Notes: generated from the sequence alone by a model not told the origin. A stretch of 63,586 bases of DNA, filler included, from an uncultured Synergistales bacterium (GCA_937897575.1; 6 parts of 6 records of this genome joined end to end with filler, not necessarily neighbours in it), one strand, 5' to 3'. Positions 37,337 through 48,370 are shown, numbered from the whole stretch's first letter. Numbers and translations: made by a program.

Positions 37337-39232
37337 GTGTCCGTCTCTTTGTATAGAAAATATCGGCCGCAGGTCTTCGACGACGTGGCCGGACAGGGGA
37401 TCGTCGTGGACGTTCTCAGGACGGCCCTGCAGCGTAAAAGAGTCGGGCACGCCTACCTCTTCTCCGGACCTCGGGGGTGCGGCAAGACGTCCGTTGCGCG
37501 CCTCCTAGCCAAGGCGCTGAACTGCACCGATCTGCGCGATGGATACGAACCCTGCTGTCAGTGCGACAACTGTCGTGCGATCACGTCGGGCGAGAGCCTG
37601 GACGTGGTGGAGATCGACGGTGCATCGAACAACGGCGTCGAGGAGATCCGGGAGCTGAAGAGCCACGTGGCCCTCTCCCCCTTTGCCTCCCAGTGGAAGA
37701 TCTACATCATCGATGAGGTCCATATGCTGTCCATCGCCGCCTTCAACGCCCTCCTCAAGACCCTCGAGGAGCCTCCGTCCTTCGTCCTCTTCATTCTGGC
37801 CACGACGGAGCCGCAGAAGGTCCCGGTGACCATCCGGTCTCGATGCCAGCACATCCCCTTCCGGCGGATCGAACTGGAGGACATCGCCCGTACCTTGGGG
37901 ACGATCGCCGCGAAGGAGAACATCCCGTGGGAGGACGAAGCGCTCCGCGAGATTGCGAGGCAGAGCGACGGGGCCCTCCGGGATGCCATATCCATGATGG
38001 AGCAGACGCTTGCCCTCGGCGGCGGCGAGCTCACCATGACCGCCGTGGACCGTCTCTTCGGGGGAGGGACATCGGCGGACCTGGAGGAGTGGATCGGGGC
38101 GCTGAAAAAGGGGTCGCCACGCCCGCTCCTCATGATGGAGGAGATGTTCGGGCGAGGGGCCTCCCCTCAGCGCGTCGTCGAGGGTCTCTTTCTTCTCTTC
38201 AGAAATCTCTTGGCCGTCCGGCGATGGGGCAAGCCCGTCCTCGACGCTCTGGCGCTCTCCGAGGGGGAGAAGGTCTTCTTCACCGAGGAGAGTCCGCGCT
38301 GGAGAGAGGAGGAGCTGTCGGCCATGATGCTCTTCACGTCGAAGCTCATCCCTCAGGTGCGCCTCGGGCTCCGTTCGGACGTCCTTTCCGGGCTCATGGC
38401 CGCGAAGGATAGCGAGCTGACCCTTTCGGAAAGGCCCTCCGCCGCGCACGAAGGAACGGCGGCGGCGGTGTCCGCTCCGCCGGAGAAGAAACGGAGAGGA
38501 CACCGCGATGCCGACAGGGGGAGCGACCGAATGGCGACGCCTGCGGCGGAGCCGCCGACAGAGGGTGTCCCTGCGCCCGCCACGGCTGCCGCCTTCGACG
38601 AAGGGGCATCGAAAGCAGGGAAAAAAGAAACGGCGAACAGTGCGGACGAGGGGCATGGGACGGACAACGCCCTTCCCGGCGCTGACAATTCTGTTGATGT
38701 CGAGACGCCGGACATGGAGGAGCGGTGGCACACCCTCGTGGAGATTCTCCGCGAGAAGGAGCCCCTGTTGTATGCCGCCCTTTCGGGCGCCGAAGTGACC
38801 GCTGCCGGAAGCAGGCTCCATATCCGGTTCCCCGAAGAGCGCCGGTATGCCTTCGAGGCTCTGTCGATCGAGCGGAACTCCTTCTTGCTCTTCTCCCACG
38901 CGCAGGAACGTCTCGGCGCCGAAGTCGAACTCGTGCTCCACTGCGGAGAGGATGAGCGACCATGCGCCCCCTCACACTATCTCGGGACCGCCGGCCGGGA
39001 TGCGCTTGATCGGCCGTGGGAGCCAGCAGAGGGCTCCGCTCCGGAGCGGAGCGCGTCGCGACAGACTCCTGCCCCGGCGTCGTCGAAGAAGGAGGACACG
39101 GCCGTCGCTTTTGACGGCATGGTCCAAGAGGTTCTGCGGTGGGGCGGAGAGGTCGTCATGGTCAAGCGAGGGGAGAGCGAGGCGGCCGATTCCGATGAGG
39201 AACGGGCGCCCGACGAGGAAGAACCGCAGTAG
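37337..39232 (+). CDS. dnaX: DNA polymerase III subunit gamma/tau
   Basis: GTG start, SLYRKYRPQ, GPRGCGKTS, EIDGASNNGVEEIR, IIDEVHML, SRC motif. Confidence 0.96.
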   Translation: MSVSLYRKYRPQVFDDVAGQGIVVDVLRTALQRKRVGHAYLFSGPRGCGKTSVARLLAKALNCTDLRDGYEPCCQCDNCRAITSGESLDVVEIDGASNNGVEEIRELKSHVALSPFASQWKIYIIDEVHMLSIAAFNALLKTLEEPPSFVLFILATTEPQKVPVTIRSRCQHIPFRRIELEDIARTLGTIAAKENIPWEDEALREIARQSDGALRDAISMMEQTLALGGGELTMTAVDRLFGGGTSADLEEWIGALKKGSPRPLLMMEEMFGRGASPQRVVEGLFLLFRNLLAVRRWGKPVLDALALSEGEKVFFTEESPRWREEELSAMMLFTSKLIPQVRLGLRSDVLSGLMAAKDSELTLSERPSAAHEGTAAAVSAPPEKKRRGHRDADRGSDRMATPAAEPPTEGVPAPATAAAFDEGASKAGKKETANSADEGHGTDNALPGADNSVDVETPDMEERWHTLVEILREKEPLLYAALSGAEVTAAGSRLHIRFPEERRYAFEALSIERNSFLLFSHAQERLGAEVELVLHCGEDERPCAPSHYLGTAGRDALDRPWEPAEGSAPERSASRQTPAPASSKKEDTAVAFDGMVQEVLRWGGEVVMVKRGESEAADSDEERAPDEEEPQ

Positions 39233-39283
39233 ACCGGCCCTTCGTGAAAGAGCGAGGGGTCGGGGAACGCAAGGAGCGAATCG

Positions 39284-42200
39284 ATGACACGTCAATTTGT
39301 TCATCTTCATGTTCACACGGAGTACAGCCTGCTGGACGGCGCCATACGGTGCGACCAGCTGGCGGCCAAGACGGCGGAATACGGCATGCCCGCCGTCGCC
39401 ATGACGGACCACGGGGCCATGTACGGTGCCGTGGAGTTCTACCATCGATGCACATCGGCCGGCGTCCGCCCCATCATCGGATGCGAAATGTATGTGGACC
39501 CGGACGGACACCGGTCGAGGGAGAAGCGGGGAAAGAACTACCACCTGCTGGTTCTGGCCGAGAACGACGAGGGGTACCATAACCTGGTCAAGCTCGTCTC
39601 CATCGCCAACACGGAGGGCTTCTACAGCAAGCCGAGAATCGACCACACGCTGCTCTCTCAGTACCGGTCGGGCCTTATCGTCTCCTCGGCCTGCCTCGCC
39701 GGCGAAATTCCCTCCCTTATCCTCGAGGACCGGGAGGATGAGGCCCTCAAGCGGGCCATGCTCTACCGGGATATCGTCGGCAAGGACAACTTCTTTCTCG
39801 AGATCATGTACAACCAGATTCCTGAGCAGGCCGTAGTCAACAAAACTCTCGTCCGGATGGCCAGGGAGCACGACTTCCCGCTGATCGCCACCAACGACGC
39901 CCACTATCTATCGCAGGAGGACCGGGACTGGCACGAGGTGCTCCTGTGCGTGCAGACCAAGTCGACCCTTGACGACGAGAAGCGCATGACCTTCACCACG
40001 AACGACTTCTATCTCCGCTCGCCCGAGGAAATGGACCGTTTCTTCGGCGCGGAGCTGCCCGACGCCCTCGACAACACCGTCCTGATAGCCGAGCGGTGCA
40101 ACGTCACACTGCCGCTCGACGACAGGAACTACAAGCTCCCCAACCTCCGGCTGCCCGAGGGGGAGACCCTCGAGACCAATCTCGAGAAGGAGTCCTGGGC
40201 CGGGCTGCAGCAGCGGTTGGGCGGGCAGGTACCCGACGACTACGAGCAGCGGCTCCGGTATGAACTCTCCGTCATCAACAGCATGGGGTTCGCAGGCTAC
40301 TTCCTGATCGTCGCCGGCATCATCAAGGCGGCGAAGGACAGAGGTATCCCCGTGGGACCCGGGCGAGGCTCCGCCGCCGGATCCGTCGTCGCGTGGTCTC
40401 TCCGCGTCACGGAGCTCGACCCCATCAAGTACAATCTGCTCTTCGAGCGCTTTCTGAACCCCGAACGGATCAGCATGCCGGACATCGACACGGACGTGTC
40501 GGACAAGGGGCGCGACGAGCTGCTCCAGTACATATCGGACCAGTACGGCCACGATCGCGTGTCGCAGATCATCACCTTCGGACGGCTGATGAGCCGGAAC
40601 GCCGTCAAGGACGTGGGACGCGTCCTGTCCATGCCTGTCGCCGACGTGAACGCCATCACCCGCCTCATCCCCCTGGACGCCAAATCCATCCCCGACGCTC
40701 TCGAGCGTTCACCCGAGCTGGCGGCGATGAACAGAAAAGGGTCCATGGTGGAGAAGGTGCTCACCATCGCCACCCACATCGAGGGCCTTGCCCGGCACTG
40801 CTCTCAGCACGCGGCGGGTGTGGTCATCACGCCCATGCCCGTGACGGACCTCGTCCCGGTACGGCGAATCGGGAACGACCAGATCGTCACCCAGTACTCC
40901 ATGGAGCCCATCGAGAAGCTGGGGCTGGTGAAGATGGACTTTCTCGGGCTCAGAACCCTCTCCGTCATCGAAGAGGCCCTCGAGAACATCGCCCTGGGCG
41001 GTAAGGCGGTCCCCGACATCGAGAACATCCCCCTGGACGACGGAAAGACCTACGAGATGCTGCAACGGGCCGATACCCTCGGGGTCTTTCAGCTGGAATC
41101 GGGGGGCATGCGCCGTCTGCTGAAGAAAATCCGCGCCGACTGCTTCGACGATCTCGTGGCCGTGCTCGCCATGTACCGCCCGGGCCCGCTCGGGAGCGGC
41201 ATGGTCGATCAGTACATCCGCTGCAAGCACGGCGAGGCGAAGGTGGAGTACCTGCACCCGCTTCTCGAGGACGTGCTGAGGGAGACCTACGGGGTGGTGC
41301 TCTATCAGGAGCAGGTCATGCAGTGCGCCGCCATCCTCGCGGGCTTCAGCCTCGGCGAGGCCGACATTCTGCGGCGGGCCATGGGAAAGAAGAAGACGGA
41401 CGTGATGGAGCAGCAGCGGGCGAAGTTCGTCGCCGGGTGCGAGGAGCGGGGGATCAGCCGGAAAAAGGCCGAGGACACCTTCGACATCATCCAGGAGTTC
41501 GCCGGATACGGCTTCAACAAGTCTCACAGCGCCGCCTACGCGCTGATAACCTATCAGACGGCCTGGCTCAAGGCGAACTATCACGCCGAGTTCATGGCGG
41601 CCTATCTGTCCAGCCAGATCGGAACTTCACGGCGGTGGACGGCGTGATCCGTTTCGGTCTGGGAGCCGTGGCGAAAGCCGGACACACGGCTGTGGAGGCG
41701 ATCCTTGCGGCCCGCAACGCCGCCGGTCCGTTCAAATCCCTGTGGGACTTTCTCTGCCGCGTGGATCTTCGGGTGGTGAACAAATCTGTCATCGAAAACC
41801 TCATCAGCGCCGGGGCTTTCGACACCCTCTGCCCGAACCGTCGCAGCTTGATGGAGGGTCTTCCCGACCTGCTCAGCGCGGCGCAGAAGAAGTGCTCCGA
41901 CGGCAATCAGTGCTCCCTCTTCGAGATGATGACGGATCCCGAAAACGACACCGGCCCCGACCTGCCCGACGTGGAGGACTACACTCAGCAGGAGCGGTTG
42001 GAGCATGAGATGGAGGCGACGGGGCTCTACATATCGGGACACCCCTTCGAGGAGCACGAGAAGAGGATTCAGGCCCTCACGTCCTGCAGCATCTCGGACC
42101 TCGGCCGCTGGTCCTGTAAAAACAGGGCGCCACTTTTCGGCGGAATGGTCCTCTCCATAACGGACAGGATGACGAAGAACGGAAATGCCATGGGGATCGT

Positions 42201-42615
42201 GAAGATCGAGGACGGGAAGTCCAGGGTGGAGGTCGTCTGCTTTCCCAAGATCTGGGAGACCTTGCGGGGCCGGATCGGCCCCGGGACGGTCTGCCTCGTG
42301 CAGGGCCTTCCGGAGGAGCGCGAGGAGCTGAGCGTGATCGCGAAGGAGATCTACCTGCCGGAGGACATCGAACGAGGGCGTCTCGCCCCCTTCGTCCGCG
42401 TCTCGCTCTTTGCGGACTCCATGAAGGACCGCCCCTTCAAGGAGCTGCTCCGGGCCCTGAAGACGTACCCGGGGAAGGCTTCCGTCCTTCTCGAACTGAA
42501 GGACGACACGGACTCCGTCGTGCTCATGCTCGACAACGTCAGGGTGAACCCCGACGCCCCCATCGAGTCGGCCTTGGGAGAACTTCTTCCGGAGAGCGCC
42601 TTCCAGATACAGTGA
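39284..42615 (+). CDS. dnaE: DNA polymerase III alpha subunit, interrupted near 41622
   Basis: FVHLHVHTEYSLLDG, GRGSAAGS, MPDIDTD, GYGFNKSH. The frame breaks after MAAYLSSQIG and resumes in another frame at NFTAVDGVIRFGL through the HhH and OB domains. Confidence 0.9.
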
Positions 42616-42660
42616 CATTTCCCCGTTTCAAGGGTTGAGAGTGAAAGGAGCTGTACAACC

Positions 42661-44412
42661 GTGTCAAAAGTGAAGATCGTCTGCACATTGGGCCCCGCCT
42701 GTTCCAGCTATGAGACTCTGCTCGCCATGGGCAGGGCCGGGATGAACGTCGCCCGGTTCAACTTCAGCCATGGGACCTACGAGGGGCACCACGACATGCT
42801 GAACCAGGTCCGCGCCGTGGAGAGAGCCCTTAGCACGCCCATCGCGACGCTCCTCGACACGAAGGGGCCGGAGATCCGCACCGGCAAGGTCAGAGACGGA
42901 GCGGTCCTGTTGGAGCAGGGGACGACCGTCGCACTGACCCCCGAGGACATTCTCGGCACGAGCGACCGGATCACCGTCCGCTATCCGAAGCTGGCGGAGG
43001 AGGTGCACCCGGGGCAGGAGATCTATATCGACGACGGCACCCTCCATCTCGCCGTGGAGAATATCTCGGGCGGCGATGTCCTGTGCCGGATCATAGTGGG
43101 TGGCGTACTGAACGACACGAAGGGCGTGAACATCCCGGGGGCGGGGATCACCCTGCCCACCCTCGCCCCGAAAGACATCGAGGACATCCGCTGGGGGATC
43201 GAGCACCAGATGGACTACATCGCCGTCTCTTTCGTGCGGACTCGGGACGACATCATGGAGGTCCGCCGGGTCATGGAGGAGTTCGCCGGGTCGATGAAGG
43301 TCATCGCCAAGATTGAGACACGGCAGGCCGTCCTCAACATCGAGGAGATCGCCGACGTGGTGGACGGCATGATGATCGCGCGGGGCGACCTCGGCGTGGA
43401 GATCCTGACGGAGGAGGTCCCCCTGCAGCAGAAACGGATCATCGACCTCTGCCGCGCGAGGGGCAAGGCCGTCATCGTGGCGACTCAGATGCTGGACTCC
43501 ATGATCCGGAACCCTCGTCCGACCCGCGCCGAGGCAAGCGATGTGGCGAACGCCGTGTTGGACGGAACGGACGCGGTCATGCTCTCTGGCGAAACGGCGA
43601 AGGGGCTCTACCCGCTGCGCTCCGTCGAAACGATGAAGCGCATCGCCCTCATGGCGGAGAAGGAGATCGAGCTGTGGGAACGCCCCGTCCGAAGCATATC
43701 GACCACCATGGGCGTCCCCGATGCCGTGAGCTCCGCCGCGGTGCTCGTCGCCCGCCAGATGAAGGTCGGTTCGATCATCTCCATGACCCAGAGCGGCAGC
43801 ACGGCGAAGATGGTCAGCAAACACAGGCCGCCCTGCCCGATCTACGCCGTGACCCCGCTGATCCGGACCTGGCGGGAGCTGGCCCTGTACTGGGGGGTGA
43901 CGCCGCTCGTCAAGGAGCAGATGTACGACCAGAACACGGCCGTGGACTCCACATTGGCCACCTGCCTCGCCGAAGGCTACGTCCGGCAGGGGGACCTGGT
44001 GGTCGTGACGGCGGGCGTGCCCATAGGGACGCCCGGCACGACGAACATGCTTCAGGTGCACATCGCCGGCGAAGTCCTCGTGCGGGGGCTGTCCCTCCGC
44101 AAGGGAGAGGCCAGAGGCAAGGTCATCGTCGCCCGGTCGGCCGAGGAAGCCGTGGAGAAGATGGGCGAGGGAGACATCCTCGTCGTTCACGGGACGGACA
44201 AGGACTACATCGCGGCCATGAAGCGCGCTTCGGCCATCGTCACCGAGGAGGGCGGTCTCACGTCCCACGCCGCCGTCGTCTCCCTCGAGCTGGGCATCCC
44301 CTGCGTCGTGAACGCCAAGGAAGCCTGTTCGAGGCTGTCCGACGGGATGACCGTCACGGTGGACGGATACCGCGGCCTCGTTTACCATGGCCGGATCCGG
44401 CTGACCGTGTGA
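42661..44412 (+). CDS. pyk: Pyruvate kinase with C-terminal PEP-utilizing mobile domain
   Basis: KIVCTLGPA, ARFNFSHG, DTKGPEIRTG, ARGDLGVE, ATQMLDSM, and EEGGLTSHAAVV. Confidence 0.97.
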   Translation: MSKVKIVCTLGPACSSYETLLAMGRAGMNVARFNFSHGTYEGHHDMLNQVRAVERALSTPIATLLDTKGPEIRTGKVRDGAVLLEQGTTVALTPEDILGTSDRITVRYPKLAEEVHPGQEIYIDDGTLHLAVENISGGDVLCRIIVGGVLNDTKGVNIPGAGITLPTLAPKDIEDIRWGIEHQMDYIAVSFVRTRDDIMEVRRVMEEFAGSMKVIAKIETRQAVLNIEEIADVVDGMMIARGDLGVEILTEEVPLQQKRIIDLCRARGKAVIVATQMLDSMIRNPRPTRAEASDVANAVLDGTDAVMLSGETAKGLYPLRSVETMKRIALMAEKEIELWERPVRSISTTMGVPDAVSSAAVLVARQMKVGSIISMTQSGSTAKMVSKHRPPCPIYAVTPLIRTWRELALYWGVTPLVKEQMYDQNTAVDSTLATCLAEGYVRQGDLVVVTAGVPIGTPGTTNMLQVHIAGEVLVRGLSLRKGEARGKVIVARSAEEAVEKMGEGDILVVHGTDKDYIAAMKRASAIVTEEGGLTSHAAVVSLELGIPCVVNAKEACSRLSDGMTVTVDGYRGLVYHGRIRLTV

Positions 44413-44423
44413 CCGTGAGCGGC

Positions 44424-45014
44424 ATGGAGAGGGACGGAGGGCTCCGGGACCCCATCGCACCGGGCCGCCTGTCGCAGCTCTGGACCGAGACGGACGACGG
44501 AGCATACCGCCGGAGCGCCGTCCTCGTCCCCTTTCTTCCGGGCGAGGGAGCGTGGAGCCTCCTCTTCCTCAAGCGCGCATCCAACCTGTCCAGGCACGGA
44601 GGCGAGGTCTGTTTCCCCGGCGGCATGCAGGAATCGGGCGACCGCACGATCCTCGAGACGGCACTCCGGGAGACGGAGGAGGAGACGGCCATTCCGCCGC
44701 ACCGGATCCGTCCGCTGGCGGTCCTCCCGCCCGAGTGCACCGTCGTCTCCGCCGTGAACGTGCACCCCGTCGTGGGCGTTCTGTCCGGCGTACATTCCGT
44801 CGACGACCTCACCCTCAACAGCGAGGAGGTTCAGGACGCCTGCATGGTCCCCTATTCCCTCTTCTTTGCCCCTCCCGTGCTGCACAGCGTCCTCGTCCAC
44901 GGTGAACAGGTGACCTACCCCGAGTATTTCCTGCCCAACGGATGGCGGCTCTGGGGCGTCACGGCGAGGATTCTGCGGCGGATCGTGACCCTCTCCGTCG
45001 GGGAGGGTGTCTGA
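44424..45014 (+). CDS. Nudix hydrolase, CoA pyrophosphatase type
   Basis: RSAVLVP, LKRASNLSRHGGEVCFPGG, ALRETEEETAI, WGVTARIL. Confidence 0.88.
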   Translation: MERDGGLRDPIAPGRLSQLWTETDDGAYRRSAVLVPFLPGEGAWSLLFLKRASNLSRHGGEVCFPGGMQESGDRTILETALRETEEETAIPPHRIRPLAVLPPECTVVSAVNVHPVVGVLSGVHSVDDLTLNSEEVQDACMVPYSLFFAPPVLHSVLVHGEQVTYPEYFLPNGWRLWGVTARILRRIVTLSVGEGV

Positions 45015-45726
45015 TGGCTCTGCTGGGCGCCCATGTCTCCATCGCGGGAGGCATCGACAAGTGCATCGCCCGGGGGGAGGCGCTGGAGTGCGAGGCGATT
45101 CAGATCTTCTCGAAGAATCAGCTGCAATGGAGGAGCGCCCCCATCTCCAACAGCACCGCCGAGCGCTTTCACTCCCTCTGGCGCAAGAGCGACATCGTGC
45201 ACGTGGTCGTGCACGCATCGTACCTCATCAACCTGGCGGCGACGGACGAGACGGGGACGAGAAGCGAAGGGGCCCTTCAGGACGAGGTGGAGCGGTGCGA
45301 CCTCCTCGGCGTGGACGATCTCGTCCTGCACCCGGGGTCGTCTAGGGGACGGCCGGCGGATGAGGCTCTCGACCTCGTGTCGCGCCGTCTCGGCGGCGTG
45401 CTGAGAAGGACGGAGGGCAAGAGAGTCCGCATCCTGCTCGAGACCATGGCCGGGCAAGGCTCCCTCCTCGGAGGGGATTTCGCCCACTTCAGGCAGATCT
45501 TCGACGCCCTCGACTGGCACCCGCGCCTCGGGATATGTCTGGACACCTGTCACCTCTTCGCCGCGGGACACGATATGCGACGCGAGTCATCTTACCGGAA
45601 GCTGATCGGGAGGATCGACAACACCGTCGGCCTGGAGCGGGTGTTCTGCTGGCACTTCAACGACAGCGTCCACGATCTCGGCAGAGGGCTGGACAGACAC
45701 GCCCACATCGGCGAGGGGGCGCTGGG
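45014..45726 (+). CDS. nfo: Endonuclease IV, truncated at contig end
   Basis: LGAHVSIAGG, HASYLINLA, HPGS, LETMAGQGS, CLDTCHLFAAG, HFNDS, DRHAHIGEG. Confidence 0.95.
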
Positions 45727-45826
45727 NNNNNNNNNNNNNNNNNNNNNNNNNNNNNNNNNNNNNNNNNNNNTTAATTAATTAANNNNNNNNNNNNNNNNNN
45801 NNNNNNNNNNNNNNNNNNNNNNNNNN
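45727..45826. other. Artificial contig spacer
   Basis: N-run, TTAATTAATTAA, N-run. Confidence 0.98.
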
Positions 45827-46634
45827 CGTCCTCGGGATTGATGGTCAGCGGCTTGAACTTCAGCCCGTTTTCGAGGATGGCCACCCGGTGGGCGTTGTCC
45901 GTGCCTTGATACAGGTCGTTCCACGACTTTCTGAGACGTTCGACGGCAGACGGGTCTTTGAAAAAAGCGTCCGTCTCCAGTACACCCCTCGGTGTCGCGT
46001 CATTGTCGAAAAATCTCCCAGCGTACTCGCTCGCCGCTATCCCCTGCCCAATGGCCTCCGCCGCCACCCGGACCACGGAATGGCCCCGCAGGCCGTTGAA
46101 GCCCAGCCCTGGGACGTGGAACAGCTCGTCCCACATGAGCGTCTTGTTCGTGCCGTCGGTGAGTTTCACGTCGTAGACGAGTTTCCCGGTGGCGATGTCC
46201 TTCCGCGGCATGACCGTGGACGGGTCGAGGAACCAGAGCGCCGCCACCCGTCCGGCGGTGTCGAGGTCGATGAGGGCGTAGGCGTTACCCCAGAGAGCGA
46301 GGCTCGCGGTAACCGCCTCCCAGAAGTTGAACGCCGTCTGCCGCGGGTTAGGAGCGCTGTGTAACAGGGGGTATAGGTAATGGTCAGCGGCCTCCTGCCT
46401 TCCGTCCCCCTTGCGCCGGTAGATCTTGAGCGGCAATTGCGCCACCGACTCCGAGAGAACGCGCACGCAGGAGTAGACTGCTGAGAACCTCATGGCTTTT
46501 TCTTCGTCCACGGTGTGTCCCGTCAGGCTTGCCCCCGTTAGTATGCGAACGATCTCGGCTTCCGACGGGTGTCCTCCGGGGTACAATCCCCGCCGGAAAA
46601 TGTCTTTTATTTGCGCGAAAACGCTCTTTTTCAG
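45827..46634 (-). CDS. Phage portal protein, HK97 family, truncated at contig end
   Basis: AMRFSAVYSCVRVLSESVAQLPL, PNPRQTAFNF, LWGNAYA, ILENGLKFKPL. Start placed at CTG 46634 after SD AAGGAGGTG; alternative TTG 46586. Confidence 0.93.
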
Positions 46635-46659
46635 GGTTTTTCACCTCCTTTTTTGCAAT

Positions 46660-46689
46660 AAAAAAGCCGCCTCCATGAAGGAAGCGGCT
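46660..46689 (-). terminator. Terminator-like hairpin between terL and portal
   Basis: Minus strand AGCCGCTTCC-TTCAT-GGAGGCGGCT followed by a T-run. Confidence 0.7.
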
Positions 46690-46821
46690 ATTGTTTTTCT
46701 CCGATTCGCCAGGCGGGTTCGGAGTAACCTTGCTCCGTCCTGCCTCTGACAAGCCGGGTTTTTGAGGTAACAGCTTGTGACTACTAAAACGGGAAATACT
46801 ATTCACAAGTGAATTTATGGA

Positions 46822-48366
46822 TTACAGGGTCAGTATCCCCCTTGATTCATAGATTGACGGCTCGTCACGGAATTCAAGCATAGTGGCGATGGCGGTTATA
46901 AGAGCAACCGCCGGGTCAATGCGCTCAGTGGCCTTGTCCTTCGCAGGTTTAATGTTCCCCGCCGGGTCTTGCGTGATCATGACGTTATCCATCGCCCATG
47001 TGAGCACCGGGTTATTGTTGTGCCTCAGGTACCCGCCCAAAACAAGCCGTTCCAGTTCCTTGCAGGCGGGACTCATGGTCTTGTACCCCTGCCTGATCTG
47101 CACGACCGGCACGCCGTCGCCTTCGAGGTCGATGGCCCATTTTGTGGCGTTCCATGGGTCGTACCCCACCACCTCCAGATACGGGAATGCCGCCTTGAGG
47201 TCCTGCGCTATTGTGTGTCTAATGTAGTCATGGTCTATCACGTTCCCATCCGTTGCGATCAGATGCCCGTCCCTGGACCACGAGTCATAGGGCACCCGGT
47301 CCCGCTTTACCCTGGCGGCGATATTATCGCCTGGAATCCAGTTGAATGACAGGATGTGCACCCGGTCCTCCTCGTCGGGCTCGAACACCAGGGCGCAGGA
47401 GGAGAGGTCCGTGGTGCTGGACAGGTCCACTCCGGCCCAGCAGCGCAGCTCGGAGAGGTATTCCGGGTCGAAGTCGTACCCGCAGGACCGCCATTTCTCC
47501 ATGTCAAGCCAGCGGGTTTCCTGTGTGGTCCACTGATTCAAATACAGCCGCCGAAAGGTGTTCTGATAGGCGGGGATCTCTTGGGCGCGTTTGCACTCCC
47601 GCCTCAGGAAGTCCAGCTTGATTGATACCTCAAGATTAGGATTCGCCTTGCGCCAGACCGCTTCATCCGTCCATTCGTCGCCCTCTTCGGCGGCAAATAT
47701 CAGTGGGAAAAATGTCGGGTCTTCAACAACTCCGTCAATGATTTTTTGCCCGTAGTCGTGGAGTTCCCAGCAGATGGAATTCCTGTCATATCCCGCCGTC
47801 GTGATCCCGAGCATGAGCGGCTGAGTTCTCGCCCCCATAGACGTTGAAAGCACGTCCCACAATTCGCGGTTGGGAGCGCTGTGAATTTCATCGTAGATGA
47901 CGGCGTGAGCGTTAAATCCATGTTTGCTGTACGCCTCCGAGCTAATGGCCCGGTAAAAACTCGCCGTCTCGTAGAACACTATCCGCTTCTGAGAGTCTAT
48001 GATCTTGCACATGCCGGAGAGCACCGGGTCATTGCGGACCATCTGCGCTGCGGCGTTGAATACGAGGGATGCCTGCTCCCTGTCGGCGGCCGCGCTGTAA
48101 ATCTCCGCGCCAGGCTCGTTGTCTCCGAACAACAGAAAAAGCGCGATGGCGGCGGCGAGCTCGGACTTCCCATTTTTGCGCGGGATCTCCAGGTATGCGG
48201 TCTGGTACTGTCTTAACCCGTCCCCCTTGACCCGCCCGAAAAGCTCCTTCAAAAACATCTTCTGCCATTTTTGAAGCTGGAAGGGCTTGCCTGACCATTC
48301 GCCTTTCGTGTGTGTCAGACGGGCGATAAATTCAATCGCCCAATCGGCTTTTTTGCGTGAAAACAT
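46822..48366 (-). CDS. Phage terminase large subunit
   Basis: HTKGEWSGKPF, Walker A PRKNGKS, Walker B IYDEIH, ITTAG, nuclease motifs GVDLSSTTDL, YDPWNA, RIDPAVA. Confidence 0.96.
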   Translation of the reverse strand: MFSRKKADWAIEFIARLTHTKGEWSGKPFQLQKWQKMFLKELFGRVKGDGLRQYQTAYLEIPRKNGKSELAAAIALFLLFGDNEPGAEIYSAAADREQASLVFNAAAQMVRNDPVLSGMCKIIDSQKRIVFYETASFYRAISSEAYSKHGFNAHAVIYDEIHSAPNRELWDVLSTSMGARTQPLMLGITTAGYDRNSICWELHDYGQKIIDGVVEDPTFFPLIFAAEEGDEWTDEAVWRKANPNLEVSIKLDFLRRECKRAQEIPAYQNTFRRLYLNQWTTQETRWLDMEKWRSCGYDFDPEYLSELRCWAGVDLSSTTDLSSCALVFEPDEEDRVHILSFNWIPGDNIAARVKRDRVPYDSWSRDGHLIATDGNVIDHDYIRHTIAQDLKAAFPYLEVVGYDPWNATKWAIDLEGDGVPVVQIRQGYKTMSPACKELERLVLGGYLRHNNNPVLTWAMDNVMITQDPAGNIKPAKDKATERIDPAVALITAIATMLEFRDEPSIYESRGILTL

Positions 48367-48370
48367 GGAA

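Noticed and set aside
38615..38632. AAAAAAG run in dnaX resembling the E. coli gamma/tau -1 frameshift site
   Set aside because: It is read GGG AAA AAA GAA, not A AAA AAG, so it is out of phase for tandem slippage, and no clear stimulatory hairpin follows.
41590..41670. Split-intein or programmed-frameshift explanation for the dnaE break
   Set aside because: No intein block A/G motifs or slippery sequence at the junction, and conserved residues are missing rather than shifted.
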